From assembly GCA_028284585.1 (NCBI GenBank), contig JANQRK010000008.1:1695-65694 (forward strand): 64,000 bases of DNA, given 5' to 3'. Below the pieces are notes generated by a model that had not been told where the DNA came from, did not search any database, and saw nothing but the letters and a program-made list of their open reading frames with translations. The stretch is from Chromatiales bacterium (GTDB lineage Bacteria; Pseudomonadota; Gammaproteobacteria; Chromatiales; Chromatiaceae). This document shows positions 38,740 through 48,148 of the stretch, one piece after another (position 1 is the stretch's first letter; the number at the start of each line of letters is the position of its first letter). The translations under genes were made by a program, and so were the position numbers.

Positions 38740-39708
38740 TCAGAGGTCGGCCCTGATGGCCTCCCTGATCTGCCGTGCCCGTTCGATCCCGGCTTGTACC
38801 TCGGCGTCGATTTCTTCGAATCGCTTGGTCCGCTGGTAACTGTGTAGCACGGAGTTCGCCGCCGGGTCGTTATGCGCAGCCAAGAGCGCCGCTTTCAGGC
38901 GCTCTTTGACATCGGGCCGCAGACCCTTGCGCACCAGTTCAAGTGCCCTTGGGAAGGGCTCACTGCGGTGAAAGATGTGCATGGAATCCCTGAAGGTACT
39001 GGGCAGGTGATCCTCTTTTTCCCAATCCAGGTTGGCAAAGGCACCGGCATCTACCAGGCCCTTGTGAACCCAGGTGGACATATTGATCTCCTCCTTGCCG
39101 AACACATAGCCGACCATACCGCTGGTCGGCACATCACGTGGCGTGTCCAGGCGTTCGAGCTGCAGGCCAGCATCGAGCAGAATCGCTGCAGGTACGAAGA
39201 AACTGGAAGTTGAGCCGGCATCCTCAAAGGTGATGACACGCCCCTTGAGGTCGGCCAGCGTCTTTATGCCTCTATCCTGACGGGCGAAGAAGACGGTATG
39301 GTACCAGGGCATGCCTTTTTTCTGTTTCAATAGCAGGATCTCGGCGCCCGCCTTCTCTTCAAATTCGATCGCCGAAAAGACCGTCTCGGTCACCCAGTCG
39401 ACCCGCCCCCGTTTCAGATAGCGGACCATCTGGCGGTTGTTGCGCGCCATCAACACCTTGACCTGGTCGATACCGAGGTCGCGCATGTGCTCGACCGCAT
39501 ATTGGGCCATCGGCTTCAGGTAACGGTAGTGTTTCTTTGGGTTGCTGCTGACTTTGCCGATGATCAGCGTCCGGTCGCGGTCGGATTCGGCAGCCGATAC
39601 GCCGCCACAGACCACCACCAGCGCACAAACCAGCAGCATCGGGAGTGCCCGATCGACCGGCATGGCGAAGTATCTAAGCAGGCGCATAGCAGCTGCCCTC
39701 GAAATCAA
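38740..39708 (-). CDS. PhnD/PtxB-like phosphate/phosphite/phosphonate-type periplasmic binding protein
   Basis: Signal peptide, [43 protein letters not shown]. Confidence 0.88.
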   Translation of the reverse strand: MISRAAAMRLLRYFAMPVDRALPMLLVCALVVVCGGVSAAESDRDRTLIIGKVSSNPKKHYRYLKPMAQYAVEHMRDLGIDQVKVLMARNNRQMVRYLKRGRVDWVTETVFSAIEFEEKAGAEILLLKQKKGMPWYHTVFFARQDRGIKTLADLKGRVITFEDAGSTSSFFVPAAILLDAGLQLERLDTPRDVPTSGMVGYVFGKEEINMSTWVHKGLVDAGAFANLDWEKEDHLPSTFRDSMHIFHRSEPFPRALELVRKGLRPDVKERLKAALLAAHNDPAANSVLHSYQRTKRFEEIDAEVQAGIERARQIREAIRADL

Positions 39709-41021
39709 AAATCGAGCTGCGCGCGCAACTGAAAGATGCTGGGGTCGTCGTCTCCGGCCAGATCACCGGCGTCATCCGCGGCAGCATCGTTGTCGACAAT
39801 AATGTAGTTGGCCATGAACCGAAGGTGTGGATTGACATACCAATTGAGTCCCAGCGTAATCTGTTCGGCCTCGCCGCCAGAGATGTCATTGTCACTCAGG
39901 TCCAGCGAACTGTAGCGTAGCGCGAGTTCCCAAGCACCGCTGTCAGTGACCGGGTTGATACGCCCGAACTTACCACTCTTGGGCTTGTAGATACGCGATT
40001 CACCAGTAAGAAACCAGCTACCGTAGACATACCAACCGTCGAAATCGAGGCCGGACTGACCGGCATGACGATCGATGGTCGCGGCGACATATTCACCCTG
40101 CAGCGAAAACGGCCCCTCGACCCATGCCGCCTCCAGCCCGACCAAGTTGATATGGCTCACGTCGGCGATGTCGTCGGTATTGAGATACTTTACATCGGTG
40201 ACATGGCTCTCGGGCCGCGCATTGAACTTGATCTCGTCGGTATCGTCCGGCTCGCGGTGTGACACTGCCGCCCCCAGGTGCAAGGCGCGACGGTCGTCGC
40301 GCAAGGGCGCATAGGTCACACGGCCCGTCACACCCCATCCCTCATCACCCTCATCCTTGACATCATCATCGAACGACTCGCCGAACAGCCCAGCGGCTGC
40401 GGTCCAGCCGTCGCCACGCGACTGTACGCCGACACCGACATGCCGACCTGGCGCAAACTCGTTCGGCAATGCACGTTCCATGAACGTGATGTATTTGGAA
40501 CTCGTCAGCTCTTCTAAGCTGAACGGCTCCTTGAACTGACCAATTTTCACTTTCGTTGGCCACCAGCCCCGATACTCGATAAAGGCATCCTTGACGTCTG
40601 CGTCGCCACCACCGAAATCCACGCCAAACTCATACCCGTAGTCGGAGAACAGCACCCCCTCCACATCCAACCGGGCACGGCGCAACTCTGTGCCGTTACC
40701 CAAGTCGTTCTGGTCTTCTTGGTAATAGGCGCTGTCCACCATCAGCCGTCCGCCGAGCTCGAAACTAAAGGCGCCGTCATAAGTACTGGCCTCCAGACCG
40801 CCTTCGGTCTTCACTTGGACCTGCTGGTCTCGATCCGCCGCGGCCGCGCTGTCGTCCAGTGCCGCGACCAGCGAGTCGTATTGCTGTTGGGTCAGAGTGC
40901 CGTTCTGTAGCAGGATCTCCAGGAGCTGGTAGAACTCCTCCTGACCGGCGAACACAGGGGTGGCTATCAGATAGGAAAAAAAGCAGGCAGCGACCACCTG
41001 CTTGATGCGCGAGTTGGGCAT
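39705..41021 (-). CDS. OprO/OprP-like phosphate-selective porin
   Basis: LRRARL, GQFKEPFSLEELTSS, FMERA, FSLQGEY, GAWELALRYS, LGLNWY, terminal QLDF; ATG 41021 with GGAG RBS. Confidence 0.92.
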   Translation of the reverse strand: MPNSRIKQVVAACFFSYLIATPVFAGQEEFYQLLEILLQNGTLTQQQYDSLVAALDDSAAAADRDQQVQVKTEGGLEASTYDGAFSFELGGRLMVDSAYYQEDQNDLGNGTELRRARLDVEGVLFSDYGYEFGVDFGGGDADVKDAFIEYRGWWPTKVKIGQFKEPFSLEELTSSKYITFMERALPNEFAPGRHVGVGVQSRGDGWTAAAGLFGESFDDDVKDEGDEGWGVTGRVTYAPLRDDRRALHLGAAVSHREPDDTDEIKFNARPESHVTDVKYLNTDDIADVSHINLVGLEAAWVEGPFSLQGEYVAATIDRHAGQSGLDFDGWYVYGSWFLTGESRIYKPKSGKFGRINPVTDSGAWELALRYSSLDLSDNDISGGEAEQITLGLNWYVNPHLRFMANYIIVDNDAAADDAGDLAGDDDPSIFQLRAQLDF

Positions 41022-41113
41022 GAATTGCTCTCCAGGGGTGGGTGCCACGATCTGGCACACTCCTGGCAGCTATCGGCTAATCGGCTTGGTTTCTTTAGGA
41101 AGCAAAAGCTACT

Positions 41114-41439
41114 CCGCGACCGGACGAGGCGATGCAGCTCGGCATTCAAATCACCCGACCTCAGCAGCCGCACCAGCTTCAGCACATCACGGCGGTCCGT
41201 CTTGACCCGCTCGCTGGCCTTCTTCGGGATCAACGACGGGGCCACCACCTGGCAATCATGCCCGGCCGCGATCAGCTGCCGATACAACCCGTAACTATAC
41301 GGCCCTGCCTCGTAGCAGAACAGCAGCAACATGCCGCCAAATTCCTCATGCAACCACTTCAGCCAGCGCCTCACGGCTTGCGGTTCGTTATAACCCACGT
41401 GCGTTGAGGCTGGGCAGGTCAAAAGAACATCATGTCTAG
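41114..41439 (-). mobile_element. IS110-family transposase remnant (internal fragment of DEDD domain plus probable end)
   Basis: FCYEAGPYSYGLYRQL...VVAPSLIPKK..ERVKTDRRD..KLVRLLRSGDL; both N- and C-termini missing; boundaries approximate. Confidence 0.85.
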
Positions 41440-41452
41440 CCCGAATATCTCA

Positions 41453-43443
41453 GTGCGCCGTGAAAAGGCGCGTTCTCTCAGTGGGTGAGATTCCCACCCG
41501 GCAACTATCGCTCCAGCCGGTAGCAATCGGAGCGGCTGTGGAGGTAACGAAGCAGTCGAAGCCTCTGGTGTAGAGGGTCATTTTGGTGACTTGGCGAGCA
41601 TGCAGGCCGAACGAGCAGTGAACGCTGAGCAGGCCTCGAAAAGGGTAATGCGGAAGCCGACCCGCCTGACATACGGGGAAGGCCGCCGTTGCTGGGGAAG
41701 CGAGCGATGAGCGCACCCAGCGGTTCCGCCGGGGTAGTGGCGACGGCATGCATGCACAAGGGAGGACGACGCAACACGGGAAGCCCCAGGCGGTGGTGGG
41801 ACGTGCCCGCCAACCGGTCGCCCGCGAGGGCCAGTCCGGGCTGCTTGAGGTGGCGGGAGGCCCGTAGTACCGATGAAGCCGGGTAATGTCGGTAGAGGCA
41901 AGGGGCCTCAGTTCGAGGGCAGTGTTGAAAGAAGTGAGGACGAGGAGACTGGCATGGGCCTACAAGCTCCAAGCAAGGTACAGAAACTTCAGCAGACACT
42001 TCATGCGAAAGCGAAGGAGTTGCCCGATTTTCGCTTCTACGCCCTGTACGACAAGCTCTACCGGGAAGACATGCTCACCCATGCCTACTGGCTGGTCCGC
42101 CACAATGCTGGCAAGCCGGGAGTTGATGGTGAGGATTTCGCGGCCATCGAAACGTACGGGGTGGAGCGGTGATTGGGTGAACGGGCGCAAGCCTTGAGGG
42201 AGAAGCGCTACCGGGCGAGTCCGGTGCGCCGGGTATATATCCCCAAACCGAATGGCCAGCAGCGCCCGTTAGGTATACCGACGATCCGGGATCGGGTGGT
42301 CCAGACGGCGGCAGTCTTGGTACTGACGCCGATCTTCGAGGCCGACCTGCAACCGGAGCAGTATGCCTATCGGGAAGGACGCAATGCCCATGACGCAGTA
42401 CGTCAGGTGCACAAGCTGCTCAACACAGGTTACACGGACGTCATCGATGCAGACCTGTCAGGCTATTTCGATTCGATACCCCATGCCGAGTTGACGCAGA
42501 GCGTAGCGCGGCGGATCAGTGATCGCTACGTCCTTGCGCTGATCAAGCAATGGCTGGTGGTATCGGTCGAGGAGGAGGACGGGCGTGGCCGGCGGAAGCG
42601 GACGACGGTGGCGAAGGACAGTAAGCGCGGTATCCCGCAAGGGGCGCCGATCTCGCCGCTGCTAAGCAACCTGTATATGCGCCGATTCGTGCTGGGGTGG
42701 AAAACGTTGGGTTTGGAGGCACGCCTGCAGGCCCGGATCGTCAACTATGCTGATGATTTCGTCATCTGCTGCCGAGGGACGGACGAACAAGCCATGGAGG
42801 CCATGCGGGCGATGATGCAAAGGCTCAAGCTGACGGTCAACGAAGAAAAGACCGGGCGCTGCCGGATCCCGCAAGCGCACTTCGACTTCCTGGGCTACAC
42901 CTTCGGGCGGTGCTTTTCGGCCAAAACGGGGCGAGCCTACATTGGCACAAGTCCCTCGAAGAAGAGCATCAAGAAGGTCTGCCGTACGATCAGCGAGGCG
43001 ACCAGCCGTCGGTGGCTATTGAAGGACGCCGAGGAGCGAGTGGCCACCCTGAACCGCATCCTTGTGGGCTGGGCGAACTACTTCCACCTTGGGCCTGTCA
43101 GCAAAGCCTACCGGGCGGTGGATAGCCACGCGAGCGAGCGGCTGCGCCGGTGGTTGCGTAAGAAGCACCAATGGCCGGGGCAGGGTACGGCACGATACCC
43201 TGACGAGCATCTTTACGAGGAGTTGGGGTTGCAACGGCTGCCGGTGCGGACACGTGATCTTCCGTGGGCGAAGGCATGAGACCTCGTCCGAGCGCCGGAT
43301 GCGGGAAATCTGCACGTCCGGTGCGACGAGCGGCGACTGGAAACGGGACTAGGGTACGGACTGAGGCACCGGCTTCTAGCGAAAGCTGCCGGCAACGGCT
43401 ACTCCCCTGTACCTGTGGTTACCGCGCCAGTCGTCGACTCTAC
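41453..43443 (+). mobile_element. Group II intron (no endonuclease domain)
   Basis: 5' GTGCGCCG; domain V GAGCGCCGGATGCGGGAAATCTGCACGTCCGGTGCG (about 43290-43325); long domain VI ending GTCGACTCTAC; internal RT ORF. Confidence 0.93.
41954..43279 (+). pseudogene. ltrA: Group II intron reverse transcriptase/maturase interrupted by an in-frame TGA (42170-42172)
   Basis: ATG 41954 with GAGGAG RBS; [40 protein letters not shown]; both ORF-track pieces are in the same frame. Confidence 0.88.
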
Positions 43444-43738
43444 CTAGCCGAACCACGCCTGCCTCACAAGCCGCTGCGCGTAAGAGAGAAAATCACAGAT
43501 TAAGGACGAGTTCGCCAGTCACAGTTTGTACCCGGCGTGGTATTATCCCGATTCCGAACGGTTTCTCGCTCGCCATGGCTTGGTTTTCACGCAAGCGATA
43601 GCCATGGCTATCACTCTTGCTCCAAACCGGCGCCACAGCGGCTGCAAATTCCGCCGGCTCTTGGGATGCTGGTGACATGTTGGGGCTATTGGGTTCGGAT
43701 CGCCGTACAGAAATGCTGTTGCCGAGATCCTAGGAAGT

Positions 43739-45001
43739 CTATCCGGCCAGTAGTAGCGCGTCTGATCGGTCGAGCGCGCATTCTGCTTCTTCGACGATCG
43801 TAAGGCTGAGCTCGGGTGACGCGGCCCTCATCCCGAGCCGGCCGAACGCGGGTATCTCTTCGTGCGGCGGGGGGCGTCGGTACTGCGAGCCAATCGTGGC
43901 ATGCCACTCCGCGACCAAGAGGATATCGGTGTAGTCCGCTTCTCCAGGGTGTTCATAGCTCCAGTGTCCACACAGTGCAGCGGCCTGGACTGCCGCCCGA
44001 GGCAGGTCCCACATGGTGAGCAGGATACGACCCAGTTCGGCGCGGTTGCCATGGATGACGTTGTCTAGCGCCGCGGGGTCGCCGAGATCCGAATGCTGCT
44101 CGGTGTAGCTCAACAGGACGGGTTCCGCGATGCCGTGCAGTAGGCCGACTAGGTGCGCAAAATCGGGATCGAAGTGTTCGCACTGGCGGGCCAGCACTCT
44201 ACTGATCGCGGCCACCCGGCGGCTGCGCTTTCCCCATTCAATTACGCGCTGGCGCACAATCGGTGACTCGCAGCGCAGCGTTTCACGCAATACGCAGTGC
44301 GCGGCGAGTGCGTAAGTGTGCTCGTTACCTAAGCGGATGACCGCCTCGCGGAGGCTGCGCAGTGGAACACGCTGCGGGCCCACACCTTTGGCAGCGCGCA
44401 GGATTTTAAGGGTCAATGCTGGACAGGCCGCAAGGGCGTCGGCCATGGTCGACGGGTTGTTGATGTTGGCTGCGAGTGAGCGCCCAATGCGGACGGCTAT
44501 CTCGGGGTCGGATGGTACCACTATGCGCCCACCGTTGAGGTCGTGAAACACGTCGAACAGCAGCGGATGGGTCGCACTGTCATCGAGTAGCTCGTTTGGC
44601 GTATTTACAGGTAGGTTCTCTTCGACCACCATGGTTTTGGTTGGTTTAGGCGTGGTCAGGTCGTCAAGTAACTGCTCATCGAGAAGTAGATAGCGTACAT
44701 CGCTGCGTGCACCCACTCGGTAGCGCGATGGGCGTAGGCGTGAGACGGGCCCGGCGGCGGCTTTATCTGTGTCGCGAACGCAGTGGGCGATACCGTCGGC
44801 CGCGATCAACTCCAGCTCACCCTCCAGTAGAAACAATTGGCGTGGCTCGCGATCACCGAGTTCCAGCACGCATGACCCGCTTGCAGCTTCGTGCACTTGG
44901 GCCTGTTCGGCAATGCGATTGAGTTGCGTCTCGTCCAGGCCGGCCAGGCGATCGAAACGCCGCAGGGCATCGTTGATGAGGGTTTGCTTTGGCACAGACA
45001 T
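43739..45001 (-). CDS. cNMP-binding-like domain + HDOD protein (paralog 1)
   Basis: LFLLEGELEL...RLRPSRYRV; PALTLKILRAA, AVIRLG, LVGLLHGI, ILLTMWDLP. Confidence 0.88.
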   Translation of the reverse strand: MSVPKQTLINDALRRFDRLAGLDETQLNRIAEQAQVHEAASGSCVLELGDREPRQLFLLEGELELIAADGIAHCVRDTDKAAAGPVSRLRPSRYRVGARSDVRYLLLDEQLLDDLTTPKPTKTMVVEENLPVNTPNELLDDSATHPLLFDVFHDLNGGRIVVPSDPEIAVRIGRSLAANINNPSTMADALAACPALTLKILRAAKGVGPQRVPLRSLREAVIRLGNEHTYALAAHCVLRETLRCESPIVRQRVIEWGKRSRRVAAISRVLARQCEHFDPDFAHLVGLLHGIAEPVLLSYTEQHSDLGDPAALDNVIHGNRAELGRILLTMWDLPRAAVQAAALCGHWSYEHPGEADYTDILLVAEWHATIGSQYRRPPPHEEIPAFGRLGMRAASPELSLTIVEEAECALDRSDALLLAG

Positions 45002-45116
45002 TCAGTTCACCCCCGGTGCCCCATCTGGCATCGGGTCGATGGGAATCGATGTTATCGCTGTGCCGGTGGAATGGCTACGCTTCGGCCGGCTCAAGCGGCC
45101 CCCAGCGTGCCGGAAA

Positions 45117-46370
45117 TCACGCGTTTAGCTGGCGCCGCGCGGTCTCGATCTCTTCCTGGGCTTCGTTCAAGACTTCCAGGCCACCATCGATTTGCTCCTG
45201 AGTCAGGCCTAGCCTGTCCAAGGCGGGCACCTGAGCGGGGTCGAGATCGCCACCGATGCCCTCGTGCAGTTGGGCAACGATCACCAGGTCCGCAAGGTCG
45301 GCGGGCCCGGATTTAGCGCGATACCAGTTCTCGGCCTCTTTGGCGGCGTTGACCAGGTCAGAGGGGAGCTGCCATTTGGACAGGATCATGCCACTGAGCT
45401 GGGTGCGCAACGCTTGGATGCTCGATTCCAATGCCACCGGATCGCCTGCGACCTCAGGGAACTCGCGCGCATAGCCGATGACTGCGACCACGCCGATATC
45501 GTGTACCAACCCTGCTAGCAGCGATTCATGGCCATTGAAGTCGCCCACTTTTTCACCCAAGACTTGGGTCAGTACGGCGATCCGACGACTATGCTCCCAC
45601 AGCTCGAGCATGCGCTGTTCCAGATCTTTAGAGCCAGTCCGAAATAACTCGCGCAGTGCGAAGGTAATAACCAAGACCTGGGTATCTTGCAGCCCGACCC
45701 GGGCCACCGCCTCGACCACGGTCGAGATGCGCGAAACACCGCCATAGCGAGCGCTGTTGGCCGCTTTGACGATCTTCAGCGCGATCGCCGGGTCGGTCTC
45801 GATCACCTTCGCGACCCGACGCGCGTCGGCATCCTCGTCATTGACTGCTTCTCCGATGCGCAGTGCGACCAGCGGTAGGCTGGGCAGTAGCAGGCGATCT
45901 TCGTTCAAGTCTTCATAGATTTGCAGTGTCAGTCGGTTCTCTGCGGCCATGTGGCCGAGATCGTCTTCCTCCTCGACCTGATAGGTCTCGAGAGTCAGCG
46001 ACGAGGTCGGTTCGAACTTGCCGAGCGACTGTTCGAGCATGGCATTATCGATGCGCAGATAGCGTATCGAGGTCTCGGCCACCACCTGATAGTGGCTGGG
46101 ACGCAGCCTAGCCAGAGGCGCTAGGGCTGAGGGATCGGTGTGGTTGACGATCTTCTCTCCCCCGTCTTCGGCCACGAGCCGGCAGCTGCCCTCGAGCAAG
46201 TACAGGGTGGTTTCATCGGTGGCACCTAGTGCCAATAGCTCTTTTCCGGGCTGTTCTTCGCGTATTGAGAGCTCCTGTCTGAGCCGTTCAAGGCGGTCTT
46301 GCGGGATGTCACGCAGGGTACTGAGGCGCCGCAGGACGGCAAGGGAAGGGTGGTTGGAGCTATCTGTCAT
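45117..46370 (-). CDS. cNMP-binding-like domain + HDOD protein (paralog 2)
   Basis: LYLLEGSCRL...RLRPSHYQV; LPSLPLVALRI, DPAIALKIVKAANS, LAGLVHDIG, ILSKWQLP; start refined to ATG 46370. Confidence 0.9.
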   Translation of the reverse strand: MTDSSNHPSLAVLRRLSTLRDIPQDRLERLRQELSIREEQPGKELLALGATDETTLYLLEGSCRLVAEDGGEKIVNHTDPSALAPLARLRPSHYQVVAETSIRYLRIDNAMLEQSLGKFEPTSSLTLETYQVEEEDDLGHMAAENRLTLQIYEDLNEDRLLLPSLPLVALRIGEAVNDEDADARRVAKVIETDPAIALKIVKAANSARYGGVSRISTVVEAVARVGLQDTQVLVITFALRELFRTGSKDLEQRMLELWEHSRRIAVLTQVLGEKVGDFNGHESLLAGLVHDIGVVAVIGYAREFPEVAGDPVALESSIQALRTQLSGMILSKWQLPSDLVNAAKEAENWYRAKSGPADLADLVIVAQLHEGIGGDLDPAQVPALDRLGLTQEQIDGGLEVLNEAQEEIETARRQLNA

Positions 46371-46574
46371 CGCGGCCCTGGCTGTTTCATACTTCTCGTT
46401 CCCTAGGCATCGGCGAGAGCTTGAGAGTCTTGAACCTGCGATGTGCACTAGGCATCGGCCGTAAGGCCTAGGCTAGAGCGATTTCGGGCGGGGTTGGCGC
46501 GCGGACCGAGCGGCAACTCGGGCGGCGGCCCCATCAGGCGGATCGCTGTGCATTCTTCCCGCTGACCGGCGAGG

Positions 46575-47543
46575 TCAACCGCTACATTCGGATGCCCTCT
46601 CGGGTGCATTCAAGCGCAGCGCGCCGGTGATCTGCGCGACCTGATGGAGGCCGTGGCGGTCAAGGTAGTCGAGGATGCCCTGATTGATCTTGGGCAAGAT
46701 CAGCGGGTCGTAGAACAGCGCCGTGCCCACGCCGACCGTGCTGGCGCCGGCGAGCAAAAATTCGATCGCATCTTCGGGTGTCGTAATGCCACCTTGGCCG
46801 ATGATGGGGACGCCATGCGGCTTGCTGACCTGATAGACCTGGTGCACCTTGAGCAGAGCGATTGGCTTTATTGCCGGTCCCGACAGGCCACCTTGGTTGT
46901 TACCGATCCAGGGCCGGCGTGCCTCGATATCGATCGCCATCCCCATGAGGGTATTGATTACCGCCAGGCCGTCACTACCGGCCTCGATGCAAAGCCGTGC
47001 ATTGCCGGCGATGTCGGTTTGATTCGGCGATAGCTTGGTGATCAAGGGTTTGCGAGTCGCAGTGCGGCATGCCTCGACCACACGTGCCGACATAGCCGGG
47101 TCGTTGCCGAAGGCAACACCGCCTTCCTTGACGTTTGGACAGGAGATGTTGATTTCAATCGCATCGATCGGGGAATCGTCAAAGCGTTTGGTTACCTCGA
47201 TGTATTCCTCGAGTGTCGAACCCGAGACGTTGGCGATGAAACGGGTTTCCTCGAAATCCAAGGTCGGTAGGATCTCGTCGACCACGGTGTCGACCCCGGG
47301 GTTTTGAAGACCGATGGCGTTCAACATGCCGGCTGGGGTCTCGTAGACACGATGCGGCGGGTTGCCCAAGCGACGCTGGTCGGTCGTCCCCTTCAGACAG
47401 ATCGCACCGGCATCCCGGTTGGAGAAGCCCGCTACTCGCGTGTACTCTTCGCCGAAACCCACGCACCCTGAGAGCAGCACCAGGGGGGTCGCGAACGGCA
47501 TCCCGCAAAATTCCAGGGCCAGGCGCGGGTTGCGGTCAGCCAT
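46575..47543 (-). CDS. pyrD: Dihydroorotate dehydrogenase, class 1 catalytic subunit
   Basis: GMLNAIGLQNPG, EINISCPNV, KLSPN, INTLMGM, GGLSGPAIKP, IIGQGGI. Confidence 0.93.
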   Translation of the reverse strand: MADRNPRLALEFCGMPFATPLVLLSGCVGFGEEYTRVAGFSNRDAGAICLKGTTDQRRLGNPPHRVYETPAGMLNAIGLQNPGVDTVVDEILPTLDFEETRFIANVSGSTLEEYIEVTKRFDDSPIDAIEINISCPNVKEGGVAFGNDPAMSARVVEACRTATRKPLITKLSPNQTDIAGNARLCIEAGSDGLAVINTLMGMAIDIEARRPWIGNNQGGLSGPAIKPIALLKVHQVYQVSKPHGVPIIGQGGITTPEDAIEFLLAGASTVGVGTALFYDPLILPKINQGILDYLDRHGLHQVAQITGALRLNAPERASECSG

Positions 47544-47562
47544 CGAGTTCGAGTTCCTCGTA

Positions 47563-48027
47563 GTGTTTCATATCGTCCTGTACCAACCGGAGATACCGCC
47601 TAACACCGGCAACATCATACGCCTGTGTGCCAACACCGGCAGCACCCTGCATCTGATCCATCCGTTGGGATTCGAGCTCGACGACAAGCGCCTGCGGCGG
47701 GCTGGGCTGGACTATCGTGAAGCTGCGCGGGTTCACCAGCACGACGATTTCAGTGCCTTCCTCGGTGCGGTGGCTCCGCAGCGTTGGTTTGGTTTCTCTA
47801 CCCGCAACCGGCAACGCTACGATGCGATCGACTACCAATCTGGGGATGCGTTCGTCTTTGGACCAGAGACTCGAGGTCTACCGTCGGCGCTTCTCAACGG
47901 CCTACCCGCTGCACAACGTATCCGCCTGCCGATGCTCGCCGGCCAACGCAGCATCAATCTTTCGAACTGCGTTGCGGTGGTGCTGTTTGAAGCCTGGCGT
48001 CAGCACGGGTTTCCAGGGGGGACCTGA
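47563..48027 (+). CDS. trmL: tRNA (cytidine/uridine-34-2'-O)-methyltransferase
   Basis: GTG 47563, FHIVLYQPEIPPNTGNIIRLCANTG, LRRAGLDY, FGPETRGLP, RSINLSN. Confidence 0.95.
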   Translation: MFHIVLYQPEIPPNTGNIIRLCANTGSTLHLIHPLGFELDDKRLRRAGLDYREAARVHQHDDFSAFLGAVAPQRWFGFSTRNRQRYDAIDYQSGDAFVFGPETRGLPSALLNGLPAAQRIRLPMLAGQRSINLSNCVAVVLFEAWRQHGFPGGT

Positions 48028-48148
48028 GGTCGCCTGGATACCTGGCTGCGTCATATAGCTTGCCGGATTCGGGACTATTGTTGCTGCTCGCATTGCCGGT
48101 GCAGTCAAGAATGGTCAGCTAGCGCCGATTTATGCTGGAAGGGATCGC

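Noticed and set aside
41434-41442. GLD codons as the first catalytic Asp motif of the IS110 transposase
   Set aside because: Out of frame with the fragment, too close to it, followed by a stop and lacking a start codon; an element-end interpretation is preferred but not proven
41450-41999. Minus-strand ORFs of 99-164 aa
   Set aside because: Antisense to intron ribozyme domains I-III; non-coding RNA
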